This document shows positions 1 through 12,500 of a DNA stretch of 37,234 bases, in pieces (the stretch's first letter is position 1; every line of letters begins with the position of its first letter). The notes under the pieces were generated by a model that did no database searches, was not told where the DNA came from, and saw only the letters and a list, made by a program, of their open reading frames with translations. Source of the stretch: Raillietiella orientalis (lineage: Eukaryota); the NCBI GenBank assembly GCA_036172245.1, contig JAYWIR010000043.1:1798001-1835234 (forward strand), written 5' to 3'. The position numbers were made by a program, and so were the translations under genes.

Positions 1-750
1 GGAAACACACGTATCTAGTATAGCAGTAACGTACTTTTCCGACTTGTCACATAGGTATTTTGCGGGACATCTACTGCTCCTTCCAGGCGAGAAGAGCACG
101 TGAGGGCGACTTTGGGCAGCGTCTGCTTCCAGAGGGCGTGCCCTTATCGAGAAAGCAAGAGCAGAACAGCGTAAAGCAAGATTTGACGATGGCAGAGATG
201 ACCTTCCCTATGGTCGATTGGAAACCGAGAAAGCACGCGTGTAAGATGGACTGCCTGCGTAGTCTAATCAGTGATTGGTGGCATTGAACGTCTCCTGGTT
301 GCCTGTCGACCCAATGGCAGTATGGCTGATGTTCCGTGAACGATCTTGGATCGTCCTCAACTCGTATGGGTCAGCTATAGCACGACTCCGCTTCCAAGGT
401 GGAGAACTGCGCAGGGGATGCAACTGTCGTCACATGATTGCAAGGGATGCGGTTGCAAAGCAGCTCGAAAAGCTCAGAAATGAGTGACAGAGAGGAATGG
501 GGAAATCCGTGGATATTCATGAGAAGCGGACGGCTGTTCCCAAACTAACCATGTTGAAGCAAACCTGTTTTGCGCCGGCACCTTTTTGCAGTTGCAACAA
601 GGCGATTCTGAGGTGTGACAAGAAAATCCTGCATTCTCTTCCGAAGGGAGGAACATGTGAATGGCAGGGTAGGAGGAGCGCCGTCCGGAGCCCTTGCAAA
701 GGAGGTCGATTTGCAAGAAGCATTCGATTCTCACCCAAGTTTCGCCGTGG

Positions 751-2328
751 CGTTTATTAAAAGATGAACTTTACAAGGACGTGCTGCAGGTGGAGCAGTG
801 CTCCAGACAGTCACGAAGATAAAAGGAGCCGGCAGGGTGACTGGTTCGAAAAACAGCACGGACCACCACGGCTGCAGGGTAAAGGAGGATAAAGACAAAA
901 GGAAATAAATAAATTGGGAGGGCGCGGGAAAAAGGCACAGTTGATGCTAGGACCGCTGCATCCTTCGCAGGATGTCGGCAAGCTCTTTCTGCATTCCATG
1001 ATAAAGGTGAGGCCATGTGTACTCCTTGAAAAATTGGGCAGCGTGCTGGATGTCAACCTGATCGCGAGTGCCACCCGTTGCCTTGCTGCAAGCGGCGACG
1101 ATCCCGCGAAGGCAGCACAGGGCTGCTGACAAGGCCATATGCGGAAGGGTGTCCGCAACGAAGAGGGCTTTCAACACGTACCTGGGGTTGCCGCAGGGGA
1201 TTGCGATGACTACCGCCAAGCGTAACCAAAGAGGCCGGGGGGCAACACAATCGAGTAAGAAAAGGGGGAGAATCTTTCGTGCCCTGCAGCTAAGACAGTT
1301 GCGATCGTCCGCTGCCCAGGTCCTGTGGTGCTCGCGGGAGTTGCAAAGGAGTCCCCAATGCTGCAAAAGAAGATCCAACCCCTTCCTTTTTGAAAAGGAG
1401 GGTGGAAGTGTTGCTTAGCACCGGTGGCCACTTCAGATATTCAATGGGAACATGGAGCAGAGCCCCCCAGCAGAGAAGTCCATTGGGAGGCGTTCTCGGG
1501 GTCGCAGCGTCTGTTAACTGGCGCGTCTTCCACACTGCCTGCTTCTTCTCCTTGGCGGACATGGCTGCCTTGACCTCCCACTTCGCCGAAACATGGCTGT
1601 CCTATTCTTCCACATGAGAGGGCAACACAGAAGCGAGGGGGTTTCTTCCTGACCACGCTCTCTTCTTCGGCTCCTCCAGGGTCGTGCAACTTCTGCAGCA
1701 CCCAAACAGGAACCTTCGTTCCTGCTGGGCGCGTTGCATGCTGCACTGTGCACACATGGGGAGGGTTACCTGCAACCAGGCACTACCATTCGCGGGTCGA
1801 CAAGTGATCCATGTGTGACTTTTCCGAACCAAGGCTGCCACCCTCCGCAGCTGGAGCCTACATCTCTTGATGCGGCAGCGATGGAGTGAAACAAATTGCG
1901 TGAATCCCGTTTCCTTGGTGGCTTTCTTGACCAGGAGACGTGGAGGATTGCTCCAGGAGCTGCACCACAACTCCGGCACAACGGCCAACTTCGGGAACTG
2001 GAGCTGAAGCACCATACGTTCCAACGTATTCATGCCAAAACCGACATCCCGATGCGGAGCGCACAAAACCTTCAAGCGGACTCCGGCACTCCCGTTGCTT
2101 CAAAAGGCGATACGGTAAAGTTCCATGGTCCGCTTTTTTATCCTCTCTCCGGGGGTGGCAAACAAAATGCTGGGCACGGAGGAGAGGAGCCGCGAACGTA
2201 GGAAACGGCTGCCTCGGAACGGGCCGATCGCCGTCTCTACTCTTTGGAAGCAGCCGGAAAACGCTCCGCAGGAAAATAGTCCCCCAACGGCACAGCAAGG
2301 TTGTTGGAGCTGCTCACCGTTAGAGTGT
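751..2328 (-). mobile_element. Degenerate L1/Tx1-like non-LTR retrotransposon, 3' part of ORF2 plus 3' UTR (copy L1)
   Basis: Minus-strand translations VPLGDY..SGCFQRVETAIGPFRGSRFL, APHRDVGFG and HWGLLCN..NCLSC..LLDC match the ORF2 C-terminal half of the other copies. There is a T-rich 3' UTR (about 885-915) and an end at AATAAA-CG (758-751). Confidence 0.85.
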
Positions 2329-3725
2329 GATGCATTCGAGTGCGTGGACCGAAATCTCGTTCTGCATTTCCCAGAGCGCATGCAATTTCGGGCATTCTTA
2401 CTGGACTGCCTGCGATTGTGTTTGCGCCCCGCGCTTCAAAGTATGAATTTCAGCGTTCGAAGAGTGTACAACCTGCCTGTTCGGAGAGGCATAAGGCAGA
2501 GTGACAGCCTCAGCCCATTGCTTCACAAGGTGTTCTTCGATCTGATGCTGAGAGAGGACTGGGAGACATTCGCGACCTTGCCGAGAGCATGTCCTGGCAC
2601 ACCTTCCGTGTCTGCCTATGCAGACGCAATTCTGCTGCTGTTACCCGGGACGTGGCTCGGATTTGCGCTCGAGGACTTTTTGGAGCAGCTATGCTGCTGC
2701 ACGAGCCTGCATGTCAGGAGGCTGAATTCGCGAATCGTTGCTTCCTTCTCGGCGTGGGACGGACGGTCGTAGTGGAAGCGCTGAAGGTTACCCAGAGGCA
2801 GGTGGTCCAAGTATGGGCGCGTTACGTAGGGAGACATCCGTGCGGCACAGGACTGGTCCGACCGCGTAGAAGAGGTGAAGTTTGCGATCGGTGGGTTGCT
2901 GGAAGGCAAATTTCACTTGCAGGAACGGGTGGACGATGCTGAACATGCTGGAGTTTGTCTGCAGACGCAGGTGGGCGGAGACGACCCCACCGTCCACGGC
3001 ATTGACGTTTTCAAGGAGGGTGCTCGGGAGTAGCGGAATGGCGAGTTGACAAGTCTCCTGCCGCATAGCAGGCAAGGGGAAGTTGCGAAGGGGTCAAACC
3101 ATGAAGGAAGTAACTGTCGACGCCAGCCGAAGCGTCCTCCCGCGGAAAATTCAGAGAAGGGGAGAGCTGCTGGGCATTTCGCCGGAAGATGTAAAGTAAC
3201 CCTCGGTATTCATAGAGACATCCGCCCTCTCCCTGAAGTGGTAGGAATCTGCGCTGATGCTGTTGCACTGGGGTCTTTCCTGCAACGCGCGTTTCCACCA
3301 ATGGACGTTAGGGAAGGTCGTACAGAAGTATGCAGTGCGCGTGGAGGAGGAATCCCTCCCCCAACTGTTCGTTGACTACAATGCCCTTCGGCCCTTGCGG
3401 GTACGTTTTGCTACGACGCTGCGGATGCCAATCGGCAGCCTCTCCAGAGACGGCAACGCCTCCTCTTCGTAGAAGACGCCCTGCCAGTAGCCTCTGCCCT
3501 GGCAGCGCTCTGCTCCCTCCGAGGATTTGTGCCAGCGTGGAGCGCAGCCAACAGCGGCATGAGCGAGAGTGAGCCCACCGTACACGCGGGTCGCTACCTG
3601 CGATTCGCGATCGGCTGGTCCCATCTTGCAGCTATGACGAAGGGACTCGTGGTCCTCATGGAAAGGATGGTCTCTTCCTCCAGCGAACAGCGATCCCATC
3701 CTTGCCATTCAAAGTGTTTGCTTGT
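2329..3725 (+). mobile_element. Degenerate L1/Tx1-like ORF2 fragment, RT to C-terminus (copy L2)
   Basis: AFECVD..PVRRGIRQSDSLSPLL..CPGTPSVSAYADA (RT motifs), then LHWGLSCNAR..ESLPQLFVDY finger. A 3' UTR-start motif gcgatcccatcc (about 3690) is shared with copies at 16461 and 11690. Confidence 0.85.
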
Positions 3726-3739
3726 ATTCCTTGAACCGT

Positions 3740-4322
3740 GAAAGTGTCGATATGATTTGTGCAGGGTGCGGGACACGGGAATTTTACGCTCACCTAATCA
3801 TGGAGTGTGTTGCCCATTGTCCTGTGTGGAATCGTCTGTCGTCGATGAACGACCCGAAATTCATTTTCCTATGGCTCCTGATGGCGACTCTTTGCCAGCA
3901 TTTGGATGTGTAGCAGTTGTCTGATGCATACGTAGAATCCTGGACAAATGGACTGTATAGACGAGATGTCAGAAGACCCGGTATGCCATACGCAGGGCAG
4001 CTATGTGCGTTTAGAAGGTTTGCCGAAGGGGCTGGCAAAAGTCATTCCGACGGGCAGTTGTCGGCTTTCAGAGAGCCCTTTTCGACGATCTGCGATCGTT
4101 TCCCTTCCGTCCGCTTTCAGGGCAACATGGTTTTCCCCTCGTGTTTTCGTTTTGTTTTGCTTTCGTCCCCCTCTCCCACTTTGCCGGCGAAAAAGACCTA
4201 AGCGTTTCGAGCGCTGGTAAAGACACAAGTTCCACACAGGAGGGACCACGTGTGCAGTCTGAAAGAACCTCGAGAATTTATTATAAAGTTCAGTATTTTA
4301 GAAATTGTTTGACGATAAATTC
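3740..4322 (+). mobile_element. Short 5'-truncated copy: ORF2 C-terminal finger plus 3' UTR (copy L3)
   Basis: ICAGCGTREFYAHLIMECVAHCPVWNRL is the CX2C-HX3C finger. T-rich tract at 4130-4165 and an approximate end at ATAAATTCG. Confidence 0.6.
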
Positions 4323-4384
4323 GCACGCTTGAGATAGTGAAAAACCCATTCACTGCTCTCCGAGTGTGAAAGTCGCAGAGAGCG

Positions 4385-5160
4385 TTGGAAGGTGGCGACG
4401 GAAATAAGGTGGTAATGAAAGGAAATTCTCCCCATGTTTTGCATTCGATGCAACAGCATTCACGAGCGTTGCTGACCACGTCAATCCGGTTCGATGCTTG
4501 GAGCGATCGCAAGCGTAGCAATCCTTGTTCCCATGAAGACAAACGGACGTCGCATTACGCACGAAGGGTACATTTTGACCAAAGGCAGTTGTGAAAGTAT
4601 AGAGGAAGCTAGCAGTGGCAGGGTGAATCGCGCATGTCATTCCCATTTTGCGAGTGCAATCGGCAACCACATCCAGATCGCTGCCCTGTGGTGGCATAGC
4701 GAAACCGTTTACATCACGCATTTGACCACTGGTGATACGTTTGGTTGAGAGGTATGCCGACGGCACTGGGAACGCCTTCTCCGCAATGGGGTCCAGTAGT
4801 GAGCTTTCGTGCTGCGAGCGGCAGATTGCAGCCCATGATCACTAGTTTGCGGAAAAAGCGGGTGGCGAAAGCAGAAGGAGGGAAATGCACGCAAGAATCC
4901 CCCCCCTGATTCTCTTTCCATCGGAGGAGAAACGAAACCATGGAAACGGTTGTTTTGGTTGGATTTCATGTCGGAGGCAAAACTGGCAGGGTGAGAATCG
5001 AGAGTCAAGGCGTCGGCGGCTGCTACCCGAAGGACGACGTTGCTTCAGTACATTGAGGTGCCAAGTCGACAGGTGCTTCGAAGAAATGCGCCTCCTTTTG
5101 CAAGAGGTGCAGCTGGTTGTGCGACTGCGGCATTGTGCACCAACATCGAAAGAGTGAGAG
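4385..5160 (+). pseudogene. Possible decayed hAT-superfamily transposase fragment
   Basis: SIRFDAWSDRKRS resembles the first catalytic Asp motif (D-x-W-S/T-D) of hAT transposases and is followed by HEGYIL..SIEEA. Many frame breaks; recognition by eye only. Confidence 0.3.
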
Positions 5161-8100
5161 GACAGTGGGCTTCCTCGGCAGCTAAAGGCACCACCACAAG
5201 GAGAAGTTGGCCACAGAGCTGGAGGAAACATGGAAAAGCGCCACCCTCACCGCCCACAAACCGCTTCCTGCCAAGGCCGTTTTGCACGCATGCCTGGTCG
5301 TCTGCACGCTCGGAGGCGAGAGCGGCGTGCAGCGGTGGTCGCGCGCGCGCTCCGCACGCGAGGCTGCCTGCCTGCTGCCGGCGCATTCGCTTCCACGCTG
5401 GCACCTCGGAAATTGGTGGCCATGCTGCCGATGAGCGACCAGCAGCACTGCTTGTGGTCTACGGTGCACCGGATCCAGCTGACGTTGGTCAGGGATGCAT
5501 CCAGCGTTGCGGTATACGTCTTCCTTGGAGAGGAAGACGGAATGACAGCGTGAACATGCGGGAAAGGCGGGTAAGGAGCGCTGCACGAGCGCGCGCAACG
5601 AAGCGCGATGCCAGGAGTGCGATGCGCGTTGCTATTAGTAAAGCCCGCAGGGACTCACGCTGGTGTTCGCGGAAGATGAGTGGGGTCCTTCCACGTCGAA
5701 GGGAAAGGGTGGGGTTGGATCTTTCCGCTTTCGGATGGAAGTGTGGTTGAAGAACGCGGTGGGGATGGGGAGGAGTACTGTACCTCATCCCGCCAACGAC
5801 GGGAAATGCATGCGGCTGCTGCCTAAATCGGGTTTCTAGCCGACCCGGAACTAGGTTTGCGCACGCTTCTTGGAATGCGTGGATCCGTTTGACAGGCGGG
5901 CACGTGTCAGTAGAATGCGAGTTGCCGCTTTTTTAGCCTTCCTCGTTGGGCAGGAGCAAGAATCGAGGTGGATGCTTCCTGTCCTGGAGAGCGCGCACAC
6001 CGTAACGGGAATCGTTGGCGAAGAACCAATGTGCAGGGAGCAAGGGGTTCTCGCACTCCCGGAGCAGCGGAAGACGCAAATGGACAGCTTGTTCTCGCTA
6101 ACCTTGAAAAAACGGTGGAATGGACTTCCGCATTTGTGAGATGTCATCAGGAGCTGTTAGGAAGCGTAGTCTTTTTGCAAAGTGGAGGAAACGAGGCGCA
6201 CAGCATACACGGGTACGTGTTGTGACACTTCAGGGAGAGGGAAACTCTTTTTGCGAGCGATGTGGTCGTCGACATGAAGGTGATGTGTGGTGGCCTATGT
6301 TTCAATCAAAGGCAATGAACTGGCAGTAATAGCAAGGTGGTTGCAGCACATGTAACGTGGGCTCCTCGAAGATTCATGGATGCTGCGTCCCAGCGCTCTA
6401 GCAATTCTCCCTGAAGTCACGGTGTACTCGATACAATTCGCCGCGAGCGCATATTCAGAGCTGTTGACCGGTGTTCGCAGAATGTTGACATTGGGGCTGC
6501 CGACGGAGGTGCAAAAACAAGGCGGAAAGAGTTGCAATTTGCCGTTTTTTGTGGCCATCCGATGTATGAGGTATTGCTGCTTGCCGTTCAACGGCAAGAT
6601 TGAGACCATTTCGTGAGGTGCTAAAGGTAGCAGTGAGTATATAAGCAGAGTAGGAATCCTTGTCTGCACAGACCACCATAATATAGAAGCTGTGCCTCCA
6701 TGACCACCGTTGGACTGTGCCGTGCCTGGGCTGTGCGCTCTCGCTTGGTATGCTTTTTTACTCCGGTGATGTACTGAAAGTAGCTGGGCAAAAGTCCGTC
6801 AGGATGGTGGCCACTTGGTGCTCACGGATTACTTCGTAAACTCCCTTTCGACAGTGCCGTTGTGAGAGAGGACCGCAGCTGTCCTGAAAGGGATGACCCG
6901 TTTCATCTCGAGTCTCACCTTTCCCTTTTGTATTCCCACCGGTGCGATGGACATTCGCGTTCTCTGTAGAAGCTTTAAATAGTGCAAAGCCTTTGCGATT
7001 CTGTTCCTAATAAGGAGCAAAACAAGCCAGTATGCTGGATTGCAGCTTTGGTTTCCTAAGCAGTCCATCCTGCCTCTCGAAATGTAGATTGCAGAATGAA
7101 AAATGCAAGCAGCGCGGGCGTTTCCATGGTTTCTTTCCTTTAGAGATGAAAACTCACAACTGAAAGAATGGTAGAACCGATTTTCCTTGTTTTGCGCAAT
7201 GCCGATTTTGCCGGCGCTGTTTCTTTCTTGCAATTGCTGAATTGCGAGGCCGCAGCAACCAACAGAGTTTCGCGCTCAATTTCTCTGGATTGCTTCTTAG
7301 CCGAAGGGAATCGTAGGGGATCCACATTGGATGTCGGTATGATGTTGCCAGTCGCACACAGTTTCCGACATTCAAAAGGACGGAGGGAGGGTTTGGGAAA
7401 GGGATGGACTTGCTTTTTCCGTTCTTGCCCACGATTCCCAAACGCGTAAACGGGAAAGGTAGGGGCTGCTCGGCTCTAGAGCTGAGCAAATTTCGTGGAA
7501 TGTGTGAATCGCCTGGATGGAAACCCCTATGCATGAAAGGGTGGATGCTCGTAGGAAAAGAGAATAGATGGACACCCTGCAGCGGTTTCGAGGTTGAGCA
7601 AGGGAGATGTGCGGAAATCAAATTTTATAGGGTTCATGGGTTGCGTCGTGACTTAGCGCATGAAGAATGGGCATGCGTCGCTGGTTGGTACGTGGTGGAT
7701 GGATGCGCAATATTCCAAGATTCCTGTTTCTAGGACAAAGGGATAGGGGTTTTCGAATTCCGTGGACATATTGAGTGAGCACTGGAAGAGGTACTGAGGA
7801 AAGGGAAGCGTTTTGCGGCTCGTGAGTAGGGTCGGTGTGACCAGGTACATTTGCAGTGTGTCGACAATGGAGGTTAACCGAAATCCTCAGCAATTGCGAA
7901 TGTATTCTTTGGCTACGTGGGCAATCTGAATGCGAGGAAAGTGCGGGCGCTGAGATGGGAAAACTGCAAGCAAGGAACCCTCCAGCAGGGCGGAGAAGAA
8001 AGAGAATTCTCAGCGGCAGTTCTAGTCATTGGCAATCTAGCTGCCTTGGATCGAGCCAATGTAGAAGATGTGCTGCATATTGCAGGTAATGCTAAGAAGC

Positions 8101-9479
8101 ACTCGGATGAGGTGTGCCAAATGATTGGGTGCGCTGACGTGCTTCCTACGGCACACGTAGGACACGTATGCATCCAACGTCACTGGAGCCTGCGCCACGC
8201 ACATACAGCCGGGGAAGTCCAGCAGGCTGCTACCGCCAAGCAAAGCATACGCTGCCGAGGAAGAAACGTTCCGAAGTGTTACGAACGGCGTCATTGAAAA
8301 GAGAAGGAATGGCGATGGAATGTGCAAAGCCGCACTTGGGAAGCGAAGAAAAGTCGGAAAACCTAGGAAGATGACTTCAAGAATGGTGAACTGCGTACCT
8401 GCATATTGACAAAGTCGGTTATTAGATTGCGGTTCCGGAAAAGAGCAAACGTTACCACGAAGGAAGATATTTGAACGGACGTTTGGATAGAGAAGTAGTT
8501 GGACGTTGAGGAGTTTGACCAGGAGAAAAAGAAGAGCGCAGCCATGCTCTTGCAGAATGTATGGTAAAGTGGTCCGTATATTCCAAACCCTCAACACTGG
8601 CATCCGAACTACATCCACGTTCAAAAACACATGGAATGCAGGAATGAATGTTCAAGTGGATTGTATGTTCTTGACGAATGGCTCGAATGCGAGACCTAAA
8701 ACCTGTCAATTGAAAAATGCTGAAAATAATGGAAGTGTTGCCATCCGTCTGGAGCCACATTTTGCTGCCAGCGACGCTGTACTCTTTCTTCGTTTCTTAT
8801 GGAGGCCGGGGCTGGTTTTCCTAAAGGAGCACCACGATCCGTAGCAGAAAAAGCTTCCATTTTCGAAACACACGAATGCGTTACAGCATCGATGACGTGT
8901 CGCGTCTTGTCACACAGGTAAACAATATGTCGATGCGAATGCGTCAACTGTGACGCGCGTCACTGTTAACGCATGCGCATCCAGAAACCCTTTATCGCTT
9001 CTCCCGAAATCTGCACGCTGGGGGACGGTTGCGGGATGGGAAGAGGAATCGGGAATACGCAGGTCCGTCCTTATCGTTCGCGGTTGCGTTGCGCCGACGT
9101 GCAGACAGACCACCGCCGAGGAAGTGCGAAAAGTTCGGAAATCCGGGTGAGCCGCTGCTGCTGCAGAGTAGGATGAAATTACTGAGAGCGCTCGACGGGA
9201 TGCTTGACGATGGCTTTCTACCGAGCAAGCGGCATCTTTGCTTTGCTGCTGCGTGCAAAAGTGCTCATTAGCACCACCTCCCAAAGGATTCAATGTAGAC
9301 GGAAGAGAGGAGAAATGCGCTGCATAGTTCGTAGCTAAGCATCCTGCCTGCCGTGGGCAGTGAAAGCGAAACGGATAGAGAGTTCTCGAGTTTTCCTTCG
9401 TTGGCCACGGTGTCAGCTGAGCAGCGCATGTCGCTGGGATTTTTTACGCTTGCGTTCCCTGTACAAGTCCAGCATCCGA

Positions 9480-11604
9480 GATCCGCATGCAGGCATTGCT
9501 CCAATTGCGAACGCGCTGGGAGGATGTGTGTGAACCTGAAGTTCGGAAGCCATCGCGTTGCCTTCTTGGACGCGCGCCTGGAAGAACACGACACCATGTG
9601 AGCTTGCGGGTGGTAGCGGAATGCCTGATAGGCGAAAGCGGATTTCGGTTCATTCGCGCTGGGAATTTGCGAAACCGTATACAGAGGGTAGTGGTGGGGT
9701 ATTGTCAACTTGAGACCAGCCCATGGGAATGGCGAGAGGAGATGGGAAGGTGCCGGTTGCCAACATCAACGAGCTGGCCTGCTAGATGGTGGTGCCTCCA
9801 CGGTACGCTTGCCTTCGGTTGGGCTCTGGTCGGCTGCCTCAGCTACCCTTTGGTGCAACAAGAGATCCAAGGATTGGACAACGGAGCACTCCCACGCTTA
9901 AGGAAGAGCAACTCTTTTTAATTTCAGGAAGGAAGCACGTGGGAGCATGAGGGCGCCAGAAGTCGGCCCCGCCGCAGCCGACCGCTGGCGGCAACCTCGC
10001 CGGTGTGTTCAGCACGCCGAAAGCTCCCCGCCGAAGGCTCCACTGAATGTGGTGGAGGTTGGTAGAAAGGATCGTGGGGAACTTGTCGAAACCGCCTCTG
10101 CAACATAGACATATGATGCGGTGGAGGCGCCATGCACGAAACGCATAGCTGCCGAAGGTGGGTGAGCTGCTCACTCGTATGTCGTGTGCTCATCCTGACT
10201 GCCCAGCATCGAACCAGCCTCGCAGGAGAACTGGAACGAAGAACTGTGAACGTGGGTATGCGAAGGAGGAAACGCATGGTTTTTGAAAGGCATCACTCCG
10301 AGGAGGGCGCACAGGCGAGGCTCACCTGCATCTCGCTCACCGCACCGCAGTCCGCCAGCAGCGCGCGGTAATCGAGCGGCAGCTGCTCCGCGCTGCCGTC
10401 TGGCTCTTGCGTACGAAACCTGAGGGAGCACCGTGCGACGAATTGGTGTTGTGCGGTACTCTTGGAAACCGCCAGAGGGAACCTCCGTCTTTCACCTCAC
10501 TGTGCGGAGCACCGATTGTCCTCTCACCTGCCGGGTGCATCTTGCTCGTTCTCGCTCTGTTCGACGTCACCAAGCACCTGCGCGATCTTTTGAAGCCTGA
10601 AAAAAGGTGCAGGAGGAGAGCGCAACATGGAAGGAGAGCACGCAAGAAGCGCTTGGCGACTGGACTCACCGGAGCGGGCAGACGTCGAAGAGGCGGGCCT
10701 GCGTCAGTTCGCTAGAGATCTGAAAGAAAGGGAGAGGGACCATGGAGCGGAGGAACATAAGAGAGGATACAAGAGAGGATGCGCGAGGATGGTCGGCGAA
10801 TGGATGCACACGCACAGCACCGAGGAGAGAGTGCGAGAGCGAGTGGGAAGGCGGCCGAGCTGACTGCGAGAGCTGAATAGGCGGTTTCGCTGCTACGCGA
10901 AAATCGAACCGCCACCGCGGCATTACGTGTTTAGAAGGGGCACGTTGGGCGCCCGGACGCACAGCAGGCTCGACGAACGGATGGATCGTCCTCCGGGCTT
11001 CGTTGGAAGTCCACCGTCAATTCTCTTTCTCCCAGCCGTCCATCTGCATTCTGCGATGCGGAAGAAGAATGAAAGGGATCTTCGAGTTAAGGATCGAAGA
11101 AAAAGGGAAGGCTGACGTCGTCTCCTGCCTGTCCGCCTCGTCGTGCTCCAACAGTCCGCCCATTGAGCTCGCGCTTCCTCGTCACCGCATCCTGCGACGG
11201 CACGTCCCCCGACTCGGCCTGCAGGATGTTCTGGGAAGAAGAGCGGGACGTGAAAAGCGTACATCTCTTCGCCGAGCTTTCGGCCGGGAATCAACGATCG
11301 ACGGCCTCACCAGGAAGCCGGCTTTCCTCGAGCGATGCTCATGGGCGTCCTTGGAACGTGATGGGCTGGGGTGGGCCGGAGGGACGATGGGTGTGTGACG
11401 CATCTGGCAAACGGGAGTCTTGAAGCGGCTCTTGTTGGGATGCTGCTTCTGCAAAAGAGTCCACCAAGCGGGTGGGCGTGAGAAAGTGCAAGTCGATGCC
11501 GTTTCCAGTGGCTACGCCGTGCGTGCGCGCGAGGAAACCCGCACAATCTTTCCGAGTGTGGCTCGGTACATGTGCCGCCTTTCTCACCTTCTCCTTGCTC
11601 CACG
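9480..11604 (+). mobile_element. Highly decayed Ty3/gypsy LTR retrotransposon pol remnant
   Basis: Motif remnants occur in PR-RT-RH-IN order: VNLKFGSHRVAFLD (protease-like), PTSTSWPA and ERHHSEEG (RT-like), FELRIEEKGKADVVSCLS (RNase H end-like), WASLERD and EKVQVDAVSS..TIFPSVARYMCRLSHLL (integrase-like). No LTRs were identified. Confidence 0.45.
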
Positions 11605-12094
11605 TAAGCGACTGCGGTTGGGGAAAAAACTTGAAGAAAAATAAAGAAAAATTAAAGCAAAAAGCCTTAGTTGTTTGGAGGGACTGGAAGGGATCGCTGT
11701 CCGTTTCGTGAAGCTTCCATCCTTTTCAGGATGCCGACGAGTTCCGTTTGCAGATTTCCCAGGAGGGGCCATCGGGATGCTATTCGCAGAAAGCGAGCTG
11801 CATGCTTTATGACATCACTTCTGTTAGTATCTTCGGTTTCGTCGGAACCACTGCAAGCTGCCGCAATTCCGATTACGCAGCAGAGAACTGCTATTACAGC
11901 GGCTGGCTGCAGGGCGTCCGGCACAAATAGGAGCCGAAAAACGTCCTCGGGAGGGATACCTTGTAGTTTCCCGAAGGTGATAACAAAACGTTCACAGAGG
12001 GGCCTGAGGGTAACACAGTCAAATAAAAGCTTTGGGATGGATACCCGCTCCAACACCTGACACAGTTGGTATTCACACTCTCCCGTGTCCTTCT
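11605..12094 (-). mobile_element. L1/Tx1-like ORF2 C-terminus plus part of 3' UTR (copy Z)
   Basis: TRESVNTNCVRC, then LLFDCVTLRPLCERF..PEDVFRLLFVPDALQPAA..ASRWPLLGNLQTELVGIL, homologous to 16080-16440. The 3' UTR gcgatcccttcc..ccctccaaac plus T-rich tract matches 16461-16530. Confidence 0.85.
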
Positions 12095-12500
12095 AGGGAG
12101 CGGACGTGGTTTGGCATCGCTCCACGGATTGGTTAGTGGAAAGCTTTTCGTTGGCTGTCTGGTGTGTGGGAGTACCGGTGTCCCATGGCAGAAATGCCTG
12201 AGGACACCGCGATGGAAGTTGGAGGAGGAGAAGCGACATGCTCTCCTCCACCAATGAAAGTGGGGGCATCCGCCCCCACGGAATCCGGGGCACTCGCCAC
12301 ATAGGAATCGGGGGCAACCGCCCCTTCGCGACCCTCTTCGCCATTGGCGAGGAGTTGGAGTGACGTCGTTGCTGCACCATCCCCGGCTGCAGTAGCGGAG
12401 CAGACTGCCTACAAGGACAGCGGCTACAAGCCGTCTCTGATCTATAAGGTAGGCAGTGTGTTTGATGAAAAAATTGCACGCTCCTTCGAAATGGAGCTAC
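12095..12500 (+). mobile_element. 5' UTR and start of ORF1 (copy P), 3'-deleted
   Basis: 5' motif GGAGCGGACGTG. ATG at 12185 (MAEMPEDT), then SWSDVVAAPSPAAVAEQTAYKDSGYKPSLIYKVG as in the other ORF1 copies. Confidence 0.85.

Noticed and set aside
5040..5750. 236-aa Arg/Ala-rich ORF and other long ORFs antisense to the LINE genes (for example 12508-13125, 17117-17794, 23103-23792)
   Set aside because: These show no recognisable domains and are expected by chance in GC-rich DNA or as shadows of real coding strands.
6200..6450. CERCGRRH knuckle-like and MDAASQRS protease-like traces suggesting a BEL/Pao or gypsy remnant
   Set aside because: Too short and degenerate to support without a profile search.
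7900..8560. Possible hAT C-terminal dimerisation region
   Set aside because: Only a vague resemblance across broken frames.
12073..12108. Initiator TCACACT with a DPE-like GGACG at exactly +28
   Set aside because: The apparent initiator lies within the antisense coding sequence of host copy Z (TRESVNTNCVRC extends to about 12093), and the other four 5' ends lack it. Probably coincidental.
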